From: an uncultured delta proteobacterium
GTDB taxonomy: Bacteria > Desulfobacterota > Zymogenia > Zymogenales > Zymogenaceae
DNA length: 64,000 bases
Reading direction: 5' to 3'
NCBI GenBank assembly: GCA_963792965.1
Contig: CAWBYW010000007.1
Location: 416,001-480,000, forward strand
Part shown: positions 39,104 to 49,898 of the stretch, piece by piece
Numbering within the stretch: the stretch's first letter is position 1
Layout: the number at the start of each line of letters is the position of its first letter
Translations under genes and position numbers: made by a program
The notes under the pieces: model-generated
Told to the model about the DNA's origin: nothing
The model's database searches: none
The model's input: the letters and a program-made list of their open reading frames with translations, nothing else

Positions 39104-41185
39104 TCATCGTATCAATTCTCTTATCCGCACCACATGTCTCTTTGCCGCATTGTTTTCCTCGGCGCTGTCCTCACGTCCGCCGAATCGCTGCCGGTAATAG
39201 ATATCAGTCAGAGCGTCGATGTCGCCGGATACGGCGGGGAAGCTTACCGCGACCCTCTCGGAGAATTCCCGCGGGGTCATCGAAGGCTCCTTTCTGACAC
39301 CCCTTTTCGCCAGGAAGCGCACCGCCGAAAGGTACGTGCGGATAACCCCACCGCCTCTCTTCTTCTGTTGTCCCCGGTCAGATACCAGACTCCGAATGGT
39401 GTGCCAGAAGAGGACCGAAAACAACACGGCAACACCGACAAAGATCGGAATCGCAACCGCCCATTTTTTCTCTTTCAGGCCCGCGAGAAACCTCTTGACA
39501 TTGCTTTGTGTGCCGGAGAACGTATCGCGGCCCTTCGTGGGCATGCCATGGATCCCCTGAATAAGCTTGAGCTGGTCTCCCATCTCGTAGTTCACGACGT
39601 AGATGTTCCATTTCATCACGAGATTATCGAACAGTTCCCGTATCGATGATCGCGCGAAGGGGGCGGAGAGCCCCGCGGGCGGGGTCGGCTCATAGACCGT
39701 CCACCCGGCGTCGTCGGTGTAGACTTCGACCCATGCGTGCGCATCGCTCGACCGGACGGTGAAAAAGGATCCCATTTCGTTATACTCCCCGGTAAGAAAC
39801 CCCGTTACGATTCGGGACGGGACCCCGGCGACCCTGAGCATGATCACCATGGCGGTGGCGAAGTGCTCGCAGTAACCCCGCTTTTCCCTGAAGAGGAAAT
39901 CGGCCAGCGGATCGTCACCGATCCCTTTGGGGTTGAGGTCATAGGACATGTTGGACAACAGCCAGTCCCGGACCAGCCGGGCCTTTATCGTGGGCGAGGG
40001 CTCGGCGCCAACTATCCCGGAGACAAGCGGCCTTATACGAGGATCCAACACCTTCGGCAGGCTGAGATAGACCGCGCGCTCTCCCGGGGAAAGCCGGACG
40101 GCGGACTCGGGGGATCTGGTGTCTACGTCCGTGGTCAGGACGGAGTCCACCGTATAGCGGATCTTATCGTTGGCGGAGCCGCCCATCTTGACCGTCCCAT
40201 ATGGGTCGGTGAAGATATCCTGGAAGGGACCGCTCAGGACCGCCGGATGTCCGAGGGAAAAGAGCACGCGGCTGTCGGCCGGCTCCAGGAAATATTCCTG
40301 GTGAATGAAACGCGAAGAGGTCTTGTCGTCCAGGATGAACCGATTCCCCATTCTTCTTGCCGCGAAGCTCTTCTTGTTTGACTTTTCCCAGTACTTTCCG
40401 TCAAAGGTGTCAAAGGAGGTGCCGCGCCAATAGACGTCCTTTCCGAGACGTGCGACATCGGCCTTGTCTATCACGATGCGCATGATGGTCTCGGAGGTGA
40501 TCTTCAGGTCTCCCACCTCTCCCAGCTCGACGTTATTGGAGAATCCCGGCACCCGGATAGGCGGAGCGATTGAGGAGGGGAAGAAACCGGCGGAAAGCCT
40601 CGGGAAGAAGATGAAGAACAGGGCCGTGGAGACGGCGGTAAAGGTCACCGATCCGAGCGTGAGCAAGGCAAGAACGGACCTCTTCAGCTCGATGTTACCC
40701 ACGCTCCCCCTGATTCTCTCGGCATCGGCGACCATCGTGAAGACAATCATCGTCGCCGTTGCAAGGACCAGGTAAAGAACAAAGAAAAGGAGAAAGGTGG
40801 GAGAAAAGGTCAATATGGTGGCGGCAACGACCGAGAACAGAGAGATGAGGTATACCTGGAGGTAATGACGCATCTCCGTCAGAAAAAGGAGCCTGACCGC
40901 CTGAACGGAGATGAGAAAGCCGGTCGTCGTGGCCACAAACGGACGGTCAAAGAAGAAAAAGCCGACCACCGACAGGACAAATATGGCAAGGATCGCCGCC
41001 GTGGCTACCGTGTCTGCCCGTGGGATCATAACCAGGCGCCTTCCGAAAAACCAGCTGGCCGCAATTGAGCTGACGATCACCCCGATCTCGAGGGCCGAGA
41101 GCTTTCCGGTGAAGATCAGGGTCAGAAAACCCGCCGTCGCCACCGCATAGCTCATGATCTTGAAGGTTTTCTTGAGATTCATCAA
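39104..41185 (-). CDS. Membrane transglutaminase-like protein (TgpA/DUF3488 type)
   Basis: N-terminal TM helices, YWRG, GYCEHFA, HAWVEVY, EPTP, YYRQRFG. Confidence 0.92.
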   Translation of the reverse strand: MMNLKKTFKIMSYAVATAGFLTLIFTGKLSALEIGVIVSSIAASWFFGRRLVMIPRADTVATAAILAIFVLSVVGFFFFDRPFVATTTGFLISVQAVRLLFLTEMRHYLQVYLISLFSVVAATILTFSPTFLLFFVLYLVLATATMIVFTMVADAERIRGSVGNIELKRSVLALLTLGSVTFTAVSTALFFIFFPRLSAGFFPSSIAPPIRVPGFSNNVELGEVGDLKITSETIMRIVIDKADVARLGKDVYWRGTSFDTFDGKYWEKSNKKSFAARRMGNRFILDDKTSSRFIHQEYFLEPADSRVLFSLGHPAVLSGPFQDIFTDPYGTVKMGGSANDKIRYTVDSVLTTDVDTRSPESAVRLSPGERAVYLSLPKVLDPRIRPLVSGIVGAEPSPTIKARLVRDWLLSNMSYDLNPKGIGDDPLADFLFREKRGYCEHFATAMVIMLRVAGVPSRIVTGFLTGEYNEMGSFFTVRSSDAHAWVEVYTDDAGWTVYEPTPPAGLSAPFARSSIRELFDNLVMKWNIYVVNYEMGDQLKLIQGIHGMPTKGRDTFSGTQSNVKRFLAGLKEKKWAVAIPIFVGVAVLFSVLFWHTIRSLVSDRGQQKKRGGGVIRTYLSAVRFLAKRGVRKEPSMTPREFSERVAVSFPAVSGDIDALTDIYYRQRFGGREDSAEENNAAKRHVVRIRELIR

Positions 41186-41249
41186 TTAACCTGTCGAAAT
41201 ACGGTCCGACGAGACGACATAAGAGACTCTCGGCTGACTTACCGTCCCC

Positions 41250-42254
41250 CTATATCTCGACGACGATCCCCGGTTCATCGTCCGTGGGCGGTATAGCTGT
41301 GCGCTCACGCGCGGCGTCGAAAACCGCGAGCTCTTCGAGGATGAATAGCAGGTGATCCCAGCCCCGATCGGGAAAGACCGAGGTATTTCCACAGACCAGA
41401 CCGACCGCGTACCCTTCCGTGATTAGGCGCGACGCCAACGAGGCGGCGCGCTCGATCTTCTCCTCCAGCAGATCGCTGTTGCCACCTTCATCCGGATGGA
41501 TCTTAATGGTGATCCTGCGTTCCTGCTCCCTGCTGAACTCCCTCCGCATGAATTTCCCCCGCTTTGCCGTGCTCTTCCAGTGAATATGTCGGGGGTTATC
41601 TCCCGGCTGAAAATCCTTCACGGAAAACGGGTCCGTGCCGTGCCCGACCCGCAAGATCGCCGTCTCTCCCTCCCTCCCCCTCGTGTCGTAGGGTGTCGCA
41701 TCGACCTCCGTTATCCTCGGGAAGACCAGCACCTGCTGTGTCTGCCGGACCTCCATCCCCTTGGTAAAGAGGCCGAAAGGAAAATTGGTCGAGACCTTGA
41801 TCGGGCCCATCTCATAGAGTCCACGCCTCGGGAATATCGTTTCGAGGAAGGCCTGGGCGTTCCCGTGCGCCCTTACCGACCCGATCAGGGCGGCCGATTT
41901 ACCGGTGGAGGCCGCCTCCACGACGAGAAGGAATGAAGGGATATGTCTCTTGTTGTTCTCGATCTCGATTTGAACGAGAGCGGGCGTTCGGGCAAAGAGG
42001 TGCTCCGGAAGATGCCGTTTTACGGTGAGGTTCCTCAGATCGATATTGGACAGGATCCCCGAGGCGATGATAAAGGAGAGCATGCCCCCCATGATGATAT
42101 AGAGCAGGTTGTTGCCGGTGTTCACGGCCGCAAGCTCCACGGCGATGACCAGGCCGATAAAGAACCACCCCGAGGTATTGATCTTCAGCGTGCGCGGCGG
42201 CCTGAGCCATTTAAGGAGAACACGCAGCGGCGAGAATCGTGGTTTTTCCGACAT
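41250..42254 (-). CDS. DUF58 family protein
   Basis: AVNTGNNLLY, FPFGLF, FQPGDNPRHIHWKSTAK. Confidence 0.92.
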   Translation of the reverse strand: MSEKPRFSPLRVLLKWLRPPRTLKINTSGWFFIGLVIAVELAAVNTGNNLLYIIMGGMLSFIIASGILSNIDLRNLTVKRHLPEHLFARTPALVQIEIENNKRHIPSFLLVVEAASTGKSAALIGSVRAHGNAQAFLETIFPRRGLYEMGPIKVSTNFPFGLFTKGMEVRQTQQVLVFPRITEVDATPYDTRGREGETAILRVGHGTDPFSVKDFQPGDNPRHIHWKSTAKRGKFMRREFSREQERRITIKIHPDEGGNSDLLEEKIERAASLASRLITEGYAVGLVCGNTSVFPDRGWDHLLFILEELAVFDAARERTAIPPTDDEPGIVVEI

Positions 42255-42260
42255 GATGTT

Positions 42261-43253
42261 TTACAGGGGGACGGGCACGGACTCGATGATATCTGAGAGG
42301 ACCGTTTTTGCCTCCCGGGACCTCCCCATGCCCGCATGGGAAAGCGACTTCAGAACCACGCGGTGGGAGAAGATCGGCAGGACCAGTCTCTTGATATCGT
42401 CGGGGACGACGTAGTCCCTTCCTTCCATCAGCGCCGACACCTGAGAGGCCCTCCTGAGAAAGATCGCCCCTCGCGTTGAGACGCCGAGCTTCAGGTGCTT
42501 GGAGCTCCGGGTTGCATCGACGAGGGCCATCAGATAGCCCAACAGATCATCGTCGATCGCCACCCGATCGGCCGTCCCCTGAAGCCGCGCGAGCTCCTCG
42601 AGAGTCAGCACCTCGCCGACGGCGTCAAGACGTGAATTATGGTCTTCCGTGGAAACGATGATCTTCTCGTAGTCCCCTCCGGGGTACCCGATCTCAAGGG
42701 TCATCATGAACCGGTCCAGCTGTGATTCGGGCAGCGGATAGGTGCCGTGATATTCGAGCGGATTCTGCGTGGCAAGTATCATGAACGGTTTCTTGAGCTC
42801 GTAGGCGCGGTTTTCCACCGACACCTTGGACTCGCTCATCGCTTCCAGCAGCGCGCTTTGCGTTCGCGGGGAGGTCCGATTGATCTCATCGGCCAGCACG
42901 AAATTGTGAAAGATCGGCCCGGGAATGAACTCAAACTCTTCACCCGATTTCCTCAAGACCGAGACCCCGATGATGTCGGACGGAAGCATATCGGAGGTGA
43001 ATTGGATACGCATGAAGCTGCCACCCACCGATTTAGCGATAGCGTGGGCGAGCGTCGTCTTACCCACCCCCGGAACGTCTTCTATGAGCAGATGACCGCC
43101 CGAAAGAAGGCTGGTCACGGCAAGCCTGATAACCTCGGGTTTCCCGATGATGGCCTTTTCAACATTGGAGACGAGCCGATCGATGATACGCTGCACGCCT
43201 GTTACGTCGATATTCCGTGGCTGATCAAATACGTTTAACATTTTCTTATCCAT
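42261..43253 (-). CDS. MoxR family AAA+ ATPase
   Basis: DVPGVGKT, RIQFTSD, DEINR, ATQNP, LPESQLDRF; start moved to ATG 43253 on promoter evidence. Confidence 0.95.
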   Translation of the reverse strand: MDKKMLNVFDQPRNIDVTGVQRIIDRLVSNVEKAIIGKPEVIRLAVTSLLSGGHLLIEDVPGVGKTTLAHAIAKSVGGSFMRIQFTSDMLPSDIIGVSVLRKSGEEFEFIPGPIFHNFVLADEINRTSPRTQSALLEAMSESKVSVENRAYELKKPFMILATQNPLEYHGTYPLPESQLDRFMMTLEIGYPGGDYEKIIVSTEDHNSRLDAVGEVLTLEELARLQGTADRVAIDDDLLGYLMALVDATRSSKHLKLGVSTRGAIFLRRASQVSALMEGRDYVVPDDIKRLVLPIFSHRVVLKSLSHAGMGRSREAKTVLSDIIESVPVPL

Positions 43254-43259
43254 CTTTTT

Positions 43260-43288
43260 ATTATACCGACCTATCGCGCCCACGTCAA
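43260..43288 (-). promoter_or_regulatory. Sigma70-type promoter of moxR operon (leaderless arrangement)
   Basis: TTGACG-17 nt-TATAAT, ATG 6 nt downstream. Confidence 0.72.
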
Positions 43289-43369
43289 CCCTGCTTATGA
43301 GAAAGAGGGAGACGTCCGTAAACAGGATTTGCCTTGCCAATAGGGATGGAAATCTACTATAATATATAT

Positions 43370-43627
43370 ATGGAAAGCTATGTTGAGATCTATTTCTCCT
43401 ACAACACCTTTGAGACGGACCTCATCTCCGAGATCCTGACGCGTGAAGGCATACCGTTTATTGTGAGAGACCAACGAATAACCCCCTATCCCCTGACGAT
43501 CGACCATTTCCCGGAACAACGATTTGCCGTCCCACGGTCCGAGTCCGACCACGCAAGGACGGCCATCAGAAGCGCCCGGGAGACCGGCGCCCTTCCCGGG
43601 GACGGCACCTTCGTCGAAGATGATTAG
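43370..43627 (+). CDS. Small DUF2007-like protein
   Basis: ETDLISEILTREGIP...FAVPRSESDHARTAI; preceded by TTGCCA-18-TATAAT. Confidence 0.65.
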   Translation: MESYVEIYFSYNTFETDLISEILTREGIPFIVRDQRITPYPLTIDHFPEQRFAVPRSESDHARTAIRSARETGALPGDGTFVEDD

Positions 43628-44067
43628 TCCCCACTTCATCGCCGACCCATCCCTCGGCAGGCTCTGTCGGTGGCTGAGAGCCCTCGGCTTTGACTGCGTC
43701 TACACGCGCGGGGAAGCCGAAGGCTCATTGACGGCGGCAGAAAGTGGGAGATCGCATCTATCTTACCCGGCACGCCGACCTTATCGGCAGGGGAGTCATC
43801 TATATCGGTGAGGACCGGGTCTTTGACCAGCTCAGGGTCATGAACCGATTCATCAGTCTGAGACGCGCTGCCGATCCCCTTTCCCGATGTGTGGAGTGCA
43901 ACGCCCAGCTGGTAGATGTCGGGAGGCAGGACGTCAAGGGGGAGGTCCCGGAGCATATATATATTACCTATGAGCGGTTCACCCGATGCCCCTCCTGTAA
44001 ACGGCTCTACTGGCCGGGAACCCATGTAGACCATATGCGTGAGAAAATCGAGGAGATACTCACCTGA
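43620..44067 (+). CDS. Mut7-C RNase (PIN + Zn ribbon) protein, frameshifted near 43749
   Basis: FIADPSLGRLCRWLRALGFD; second frame RIYLTR, SRCVECN, CPSCKRLYWPGTH. Confidence 0.88.
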
Positions 44068-44181
44068 CCTGTTCCGTTTCGTTTCCGATACATAAGCAGA
44101 ACGTCGGCCGAGGCGCACGACGGCCGTAGCCCATGGGTTTTTCATCCTTTTTCGAGTTACTATACGCCAAGGAGGAACCGT

Positions 44182-44586
44182 ATGAACCAGCGTAACCTCT
44201 GGGAAGAGATAAAAGAAGGGGCTCAGGATGGGTTCGAGGTTTTCAAAGAGGAAATGGCCAAATTCACCCAGGAGCTCGAAAAGCAGGGAAAGATCATAAA
44301 GAAGAGGATGGATCTCTCCTCGATTCAGCGGAAGGTCCACCAGAGTTTCACCCTGCTCGGGAGCCGCCTCTACGAGCTGACCGAAGAAGGTAAGGAAAAG
44401 ACCGTCTTGAAGGACCCCGAGATACTAAAGCTTATCTCTGACATCAAAGAGTATAAGGCGCAGGTTGAGGCGATCGAGGACGAGATCATGAAAATCAGGG
44501 AAGAAGGGACCGAGAGAAAGGATGAGACAACCGCAGATACCGGGGAAACGGGAAAAGAGAAAGGATCACGAGAAACGCAGAAGTAA
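44182..44586 (+). CDS. Coiled-coil hypothetical protein
   Basis: AAGGAGG RBS, charged helical 134-aa ORF. Confidence 0.75.
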   Translation: MNQRNLWEEIKEGAQDGFEVFKEEMAKFTQELEKQGKIIKKRMDLSSIQRKVHQSFTLLGSRLYELTEEGKEKTVLKDPEILKLISDIKEYKAQVEAIEDEIMKIREEGTERKDETTADTGETGKEKGSRETQK

Positions 44587-44619
44587 CACCGCCACCGACC
44601 ATCACACTCGAAGGACTAT

Positions 44620-44645
44620 TCGGGCCGCTCGAAAGAGCGGCCCGA
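44620..44645. terminator. Hairpin between convergent genes
   Basis: TCGGGCCGCTC-GAAA-GAGCGGCCCGA perfect stem. Confidence 0.75.
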
Positions 44646-44649
44646 CTTC

Positions 44650-45739
44650 TTAGAAGATATCCCGCTCCCTATGGCTGTCGGTCAGCTGCAGGTTGATGGT
44701 GAGCACGACGTCTTTTTTTATATCATGCACTCTAAACGTCAACGGGATCTTGAATGACGAAGGCCCCGTGCGCTCCACCTCGCCCCCGAGCACGAGGTCT
44801 ACGGCAAACTCCTCCCCCTCGGGCCCTGACGGCCGGATTTCGGCGGCCTCGGGCTCCTCGATCTCGATCTTGATTTCTTCCTCGGCCGCGGGTGCGAGCT
44901 CCCCGCTCGATTCCACCCGGCTCTCCTCGTACTCGCCCATCACACCCAAATGATCCCGGGTCGTCCCCTTCCCTTTTTCGGCCTCGGGGAATTCTTCCTC
45001 CGGCTCGATGATCTCACCTTCGGAAAAGTCGGCCGTCGCCCGCCTGCCGCCGACCGCCCGTGCGTCGGTCTGAGCGGTCCGCTCCTCGATTATCTCCTCC
45101 CGTCCCGGACCCTCCTGGGTCGTCGCACCGTATCTGAGGATCTTTTGGGATTCGTAGGAGTCCTTGAGGTGGCGAAGCACCATGCGGGAGATGGCCGAGA
45201 GCGTCTCCATCACCCCTTTGCCCGTTGTTGCGATCGCTTCGAAGTGAGGGATATCCCCACTCGTTCAGTCTCTTGTTGAGATCGGACGCCGTATCGATCT
45301 CCCGGAGGTCCCGCTTATTGTACTGGATAACAAACGGGAGGTTCGTGATGCTCTTCCCATACTCGTTGAGGTTCTCCTCGAGGTTCTTGAGGCTGTCGAC
45401 GTTGTCCTGGAGTTTCTCTTTCTGGGAGTCCGCCACGAAGACGACGCCGTCGACGCCCTTGAGAACCATCTTCCTCGTTGCATTGTAGAAGACCTGCCCG
45501 GGAACGGTATAGAGGTGGAACCGGGTGGTGAATCCCTTGACATCGGGTATCTCCACCGGAAGGAAGTCAAAGAAGAGCGTCCTGTCCGTCTGCGTGGGGA
45601 GCGTAATGAGCTTGCCCCGATGCTCGGGTTTGAGCCGTTGGAAGATATACTGGATATTTGTGGTCTTGCCTGAAAGGCCCGGACCGTAATAGACGATCTT
45701 GGCGTTGATCTCTTTATTCGCGTAATTGATGAGGGCCAT
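44650..45739 (-). CDS. MglA-family small GTPase with acidic C-terminal extension, frameshifted near 45250
   Basis: KIVYYGPGLSGKTTN, DRTLFFDF, TVPGQVFY, NKRD; continues HFEAIATTGKGVMETL in next frame. Confidence 0.88.
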
Positions 45740-45753
45740 ATACCCCTTCCTTT

Positions 45754-46818
45754 TTAGCTGCTCTTTTCCTTTACGGCCATAAGCTTCTTTGCGTTGGCGT
45801 TAATCGCAGAGGGGACGTTCCTGCTGCCGGCCAGATCCTTGAGGTCTTTTTTCGTAATATACTGCATCAACCGCATGGCGATCCCGGTGGGAGTCTTCGG
45901 GTTATATACGAGAGCAAGCCGAATCGAGTAGTTCTTAAGCCATTCCTTATTTTGGGCGATCAGCCGTACCGCCTCATCATTGGCCTGTTTGTTCTGGGCG
46001 ACCTTGAGGACCTCGTCCTCGGTGATCTTCGGGCTCTTGATTACCGCGGCTATCACGAGCCTGCTTGCGTCTTTCAGCAGGATACCCCGCGTCTCCTTGT
46101 TCCCCCGTTGGGCGTATTTAATTCTCTCCGAGACGGACATACGTTGAAGCCGGGCCGCAAGGTTGTGCTCGTCCATCTTTTCGTCATCTTGGGAAGTGAG
46201 CACCGCGTCCAGCTCCTTCTCCACGGGGACGGCTGGACCCGTCGGCCCCGAGCCCTTTGTCTCCTCCGTTGAGGGTGACGCCGTCATCACCGGTGCTTCT
46301 TGTTGCGGCCTATCGATTTCCCGCTGTCTGATCGTGGGATCGGCGAACTCCATGAGGCGCTGCTTGAGTGCTCCCTTCACGGCCGGATTGGCCAAGAGGA
46401 CCTCGAGAATCCCCCGCGAGCGCGAAAGCCGCTCGTGGTTCAACGCGATTGACTCCAGAACCCTAACGTTGCCCACCGAGGCCAGGAACGCGAGCGTTTC
46501 ATCGGAGATATTCTTGTTTGAAAGCGCCTTTTCTATGAAGAGGTGGCTCTGCTGATGGTGGCGGACGATGTAATCGATAATCTGTGGCTCGATGTCCGAT
46601 TCCAGGAGGTTTTCGACGATCTTGGGAGAATACTTTTTGAGCGTATCGGCGGCAAGACCCCGAATCCCCTCATCCTTGTCGTAACAGAGTATATAGAGAA
46701 TCTTTATGACATCCCGCGCCGACAGGGGGATCATCCCCCGTGCGGCCATGACGCGGACCTCTTTCGGCGAGGAGGGGCTGACGAATTTTAGCGCACTCTG
46801 TGATATGATGATCTTCAC
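45754..46818 (-). CDS. Conserved alpha-helical hypothetical protein
   Basis: 354-aa ORF in operon; helical repeats, ERIKYAQRGNKETR, ALVYNPKTP. Confidence 0.75.
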   Translation of the reverse strand: MKIIISQSALKFVSPSSPKEVRVMAARGMIPLSARDVIKILYILCYDKDEGIRGLAADTLKKYSPKIVENLLESDIEPQIIDYIVRHHQQSHLFIEKALSNKNISDETLAFLASVGNVRVLESIALNHERLSRSRGILEVLLANPAVKGALKQRLMEFADPTIRQREIDRPQQEAPVMTASPSTEETKGSGPTGPAVPVEKELDAVLTSQDDEKMDEHNLAARLQRMSVSERIKYAQRGNKETRGILLKDASRLVIAAVIKSPKITEDEVLKVAQNKQANDEAVRLIAQNKEWLKNYSIRLALVYNPKTPTGIAMRLMQYITKKDLKDLAGSRNVPSAINANAKKLMAVKEKSS

Positions 46819-47669
46819 TGATTGCCCTTGAGGACTGCCGGCGAGAACCCCTTTTCCTTGAGCAGCTTCATGTCCTTGTCGGCCTCATCGGCGGTCTTGT
46901 ATGATCCCAGTCGAAGCGCTTTCAGGACCACCGTCGCTTCCCGCCGCTCTATTAACGGGCTATAGCCGAGCTCCTTGATCTTTCTCTCAGCGTTTGCCGC
47001 ATCTGTCTGGAAGTAGTACTTCCCTGCCGAAACATCACGGAGCCCTCCCTCTCCGGGGATGACCTCTCCACTAAACCCTTTGGCGGCGAGAGCCGCCGCG
47101 ATCTCCTTGCCCTTATTTTCGTCCGTCCCTTTTTCAACAACGACGAAAAACATCGGCATCGTTCGTCTTACGTCTTTAACGTAGGGGGTAAAGCCGAGCG
47201 CCGTGACCGCATCTCGCGCCTCAGTCAGGTTCTTATCGATGATATAGGCGCCGACCTGCAGCGTGTACATATCCGCCCCGACAACCTCCGTTTTAGGAGG
47301 AGGCGCCTTTTCCGTGGGCTTCTTTGTGACCGTTTCCGGCGCTTCCTTTTTTGCGGGCGGAGGCATCCCTTCCGTCTTCTTTTTTTCAGGTATCGACGGC
47401 TCTGCGTTGGGTGTATGTATAACGGGAGTCTCGCCGGTCCCGACGGAGGTCGGGGTAAACGCGGCGGCGGGCGTGTTCCCCTTTACGGTGATGTCCTTGA
47501 GATCAAGTGGTTTGGGAGGAGTGGGTTTAGCCCCCGGCTCTTCCTGAGAGCATCCCGTCATAAAAAAGAGAGCCAGGAGTATGAGGCAGGATATCGAACA
47601 ATAGACCGCCCGCAGCGCGAAAAGACGAGCCTTCCTCCCCGTCCGTGAGCATGTCGGCACGATACTCAT
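46815..47669 (-). CDS. SPOR-domain lipoprotein
   Basis: Lipobox MTG-C, Pro/Lys-rich linker, YTLQVGAY and LRLGSY SPOR-like repeats. Confidence 0.8.
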   Translation of the reverse strand: MSIVPTCSRTGRKARLFALRAVYCSISCLILLALFFMTGCSQEEPGAKPTPPKPLDLKDITVKGNTPAAAFTPTSVGTGETPVIHTPNAEPSIPEKKKTEGMPPPAKKEAPETVTKKPTEKAPPPKTEVVGADMYTLQVGAYIIDKNLTEARDAVTALGFTPYVKDVRRTMPMFFVVVEKGTDENKGKEIAAALAAKGFSGEVIPGEGGLRDVSAGKYYFQTDAANAERKIKELGYSPLIERREATVVLKALRLGSYKTADEADKDMKLLKEKGFSPAVLKGNQ

Positions 47670-47716
47670 GGGTCCTCACCTCCCCTCACCTCTTCACCGG
47701 GACGTTCCGGAATGGG

Positions 47717-49798
47717 TTATCCTTCCTCCTTCTCCTTCTGAGCGGCCTGGACGATCTTCTCCGCGAACTGGGCCGGGACCTCCTCATAGTGATCGATCTC
47801 CATGGTAAAGGTTCCCCGCCCGCTCGTGATGGACCTGAGGTCGGGCGCGTAGGTGAGGACCTCGGCCATCGGCACCAATGCCTTGATGATCTGGATTCCG
47901 TCGTTGACGTCTATCCCCGCGACGCGGCCCCTGCGGCTGTTCAGATCACCCATGACGTCCCCGACGTAGTCCTCCGGCACGACGACTTCCATCTTCATGA
48001 TCGGCTCCAGCAGCACGGGGCCTGCCTCCATGAAGATCTTCTTGAATCCCATTGACGCCGCGATCTTGAAGGCCATCTCCGACGAATCGACGGAGTGATA
48101 CGAGCCATCCACGAGCGAGACCTTGATGTCCGTCACGGGGTAGCCGGCCATCACGCCGCCGAGCATTGCTTCTTCGATCCCCTTCTGACAGGCGGGGATA
48201 TACTGGCGGGGGATGGCACCGCCGACGATCCTGTCGGCAAACTCAAACCCCCCGCCCCTCGGCATCGGCTCGATCTCGAGCCACGTGTCGCCGAACTGGC
48301 CCCGGCCGCCGGTCTGCTTCTTGTACCGGCCCTGGCCGCGGGCTTTTTTGCGGACTGTCTCGAGGTACGGTACCTTGGGCGTGGAGAGGTCTACCTCGAC
48401 CCCGAACTTGCTCTTGAGTTTTGCCATGAGCACTTCGAGGTGTACCTGCCCCATACCTGAGAGAACCAGCTCCTTGGTCAGCTCATCACGGTGGATTCTC
48501 AGGGTCAGATCTTCTTCCATGAGGCGATGGATGGAGCTCATGACCTTATCTTCGTCGCCCTTGCTCTTGGGCTTGATGGCAAAGAACATGATCTGGGGCG
48601 GGGTCGAAAATCCCGGGAAGATGACCGGGTTCCCGTCGTCGGCCAGCGTGTCTCCGGTGCCGGTTTCTTTGAGCTTGGCGACGGCCGCGATATCGCCCGC
48701 GGGCGCACTCGCGGTCGGCTTCTGCCCCTTTCCGCGCACATACATGATCTGACCCACCCGCTCCTTGGCGCCTTTCGTGGTATTGGTGACGGTCGAGTCG
48801 GCCTTCATCGTTCCCGAGACGACCCTGAAGATCGAAAGTTTTCCGGCGTAGGGATCCGCGATCGTCTTGAAGACGAGGGCCGAAAGGGGGCCGTTGGGGT
48901 CCGCCTTGATCTGGACTTCCTGCCCGGCCTTATTGGTCGCCACAAACGGTTTCCGATCAATTGGCGAGGCCGCCGAGTTGGCGATGAAATCGAGCAGCGG
49001 ATGGACGCCGATATTCTTGAGCCCCGAGCCGCAAAAAACCGGCACGAAGCTTCCGTTGACGAACCCCGCCTTGAGCCCCTCGGCCAGCTCATCGGGGGAG
49101 ATCTCTCCGCCTTCGAGATATTTTTCCAGCAGGGCGTCGTTTGATTCGGCGATGCTCTCGATCATTTCCCCCCTGAGTGTCTCGATAGTCGAGGCCAGAT
49201 CCGCGGGGATATCAGCTTCGTCGTATTTCCCGGATGCATCCCCCGCATACTTCAGGGCCTTCCCGAGGAAGAGGTCCACCACACCCGAGAAGCCCACCTC
49301 TTTACCGATCGGGTAGGTCAGAACGGCGACCTTACACTTGAAAACTGATTTCACCGAAGAGAGGATCCGCTCGAAGTCGGCCCGCTCCCGGTCGAGTTTT
49401 GATATGAAGACGGCCTTAGGTATGCCTAATTCATCGGCCCTTTTCCACATACGCTCGGTCTGAATCTCGACACCACCCACCGCATCGACGACGATGACGG
49501 CATTGTCCGCGACCGAGAGGCAAATCTGGGAATCGGTGTTGAAATCGGCATCGCCCGGGGTATCGATCAGGTTTACCTTTTTCTTCTTCCACTCAAAATC
49601 GAAAAAAGAGGTGCTGATGGATATGTTTCTCTTGATCTCCTCCGGATCGAAATCCATTGACGTGGTCCCTGCGTCTACCTTGCCCAGCCGGTCGATCGCC
49701 TTAGCGCAAAAGAGGATTGCCTCCGCGAGGCTCGTCTTGCCGCAGCCTCCATGGCCGACAAATGCAACCGTTCGAATATCGGTGGTCTCGTATGCCAT
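47717..49798 (-). CDS. fusA: Elongation factor G paralog (EF-G2-like)
   Basis: GHGGCGKT, DTPG, SKLD, KKQTGGRGQFG, VDSSEMAF; RNISI replaces canonical RGITI. Confidence 0.92.
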   Translation of the reverse strand: MAYETTDIRTVAFVGHGGCGKTSLAEAILFCAKAIDRLGKVDAGTTSMDFDPEEIKRNISISTSFFDFEWKKKKVNLIDTPGDADFNTDSQICLSVADNAVIVVDAVGGVEIQTERMWKRADELGIPKAVFISKLDRERADFERILSSVKSVFKCKVAVLTYPIGKEVGFSGVVDLFLGKALKYAGDASGKYDEADIPADLASTIETLRGEMIESIAESNDALLEKYLEGGEISPDELAEGLKAGFVNGSFVPVFCGSGLKNIGVHPLLDFIANSAASPIDRKPFVATNKAGQEVQIKADPNGPLSALVFKTIADPYAGKLSIFRVVSGTMKADSTVTNTTKGAKERVGQIMYVRGKGQKPTASAPAGDIAAVAKLKETGTGDTLADDGNPVIFPGFSTPPQIMFFAIKPKSKGDEDKVMSSIHRLMEEDLTLRIHRDELTKELVLSGMGQVHLEVLMAKLKSKFGVEVDLSTPKVPYLETVRKKARGQGRYKKQTGGRGQFGDTWLEIEPMPRGGGFEFADRIVGGAIPRQYIPACQKGIEEAMLGGVMAGYPVTDIKVSLVDGSYHSVDSSEMAFKIAASMGFKKIFMEAGPVLLEPIMKMEVVVPEDYVGDVMGDLNSRRGRVAGIDVNDGIQIIKALVPMAEVLTYAPDLRSITSGRGTFTMEIDHYEEVPAQFAEKIVQAAQKEKEEG

Positions 49799-49898
49799 AT
49801 GCCGTCTGCTCCTACACAAAAAACCAAGTTATCATAATAGGATATTTGCCGAAAAAGTCAAGGAAAGTTTGTCCGCAGCCAATCTCTTTTGCGCGCGT

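Noticed and set aside
39104-43253. MoxR-DUF58-transglutaminase operon as a novel system
   Set aside because: This is a widespread, already described gene trio.
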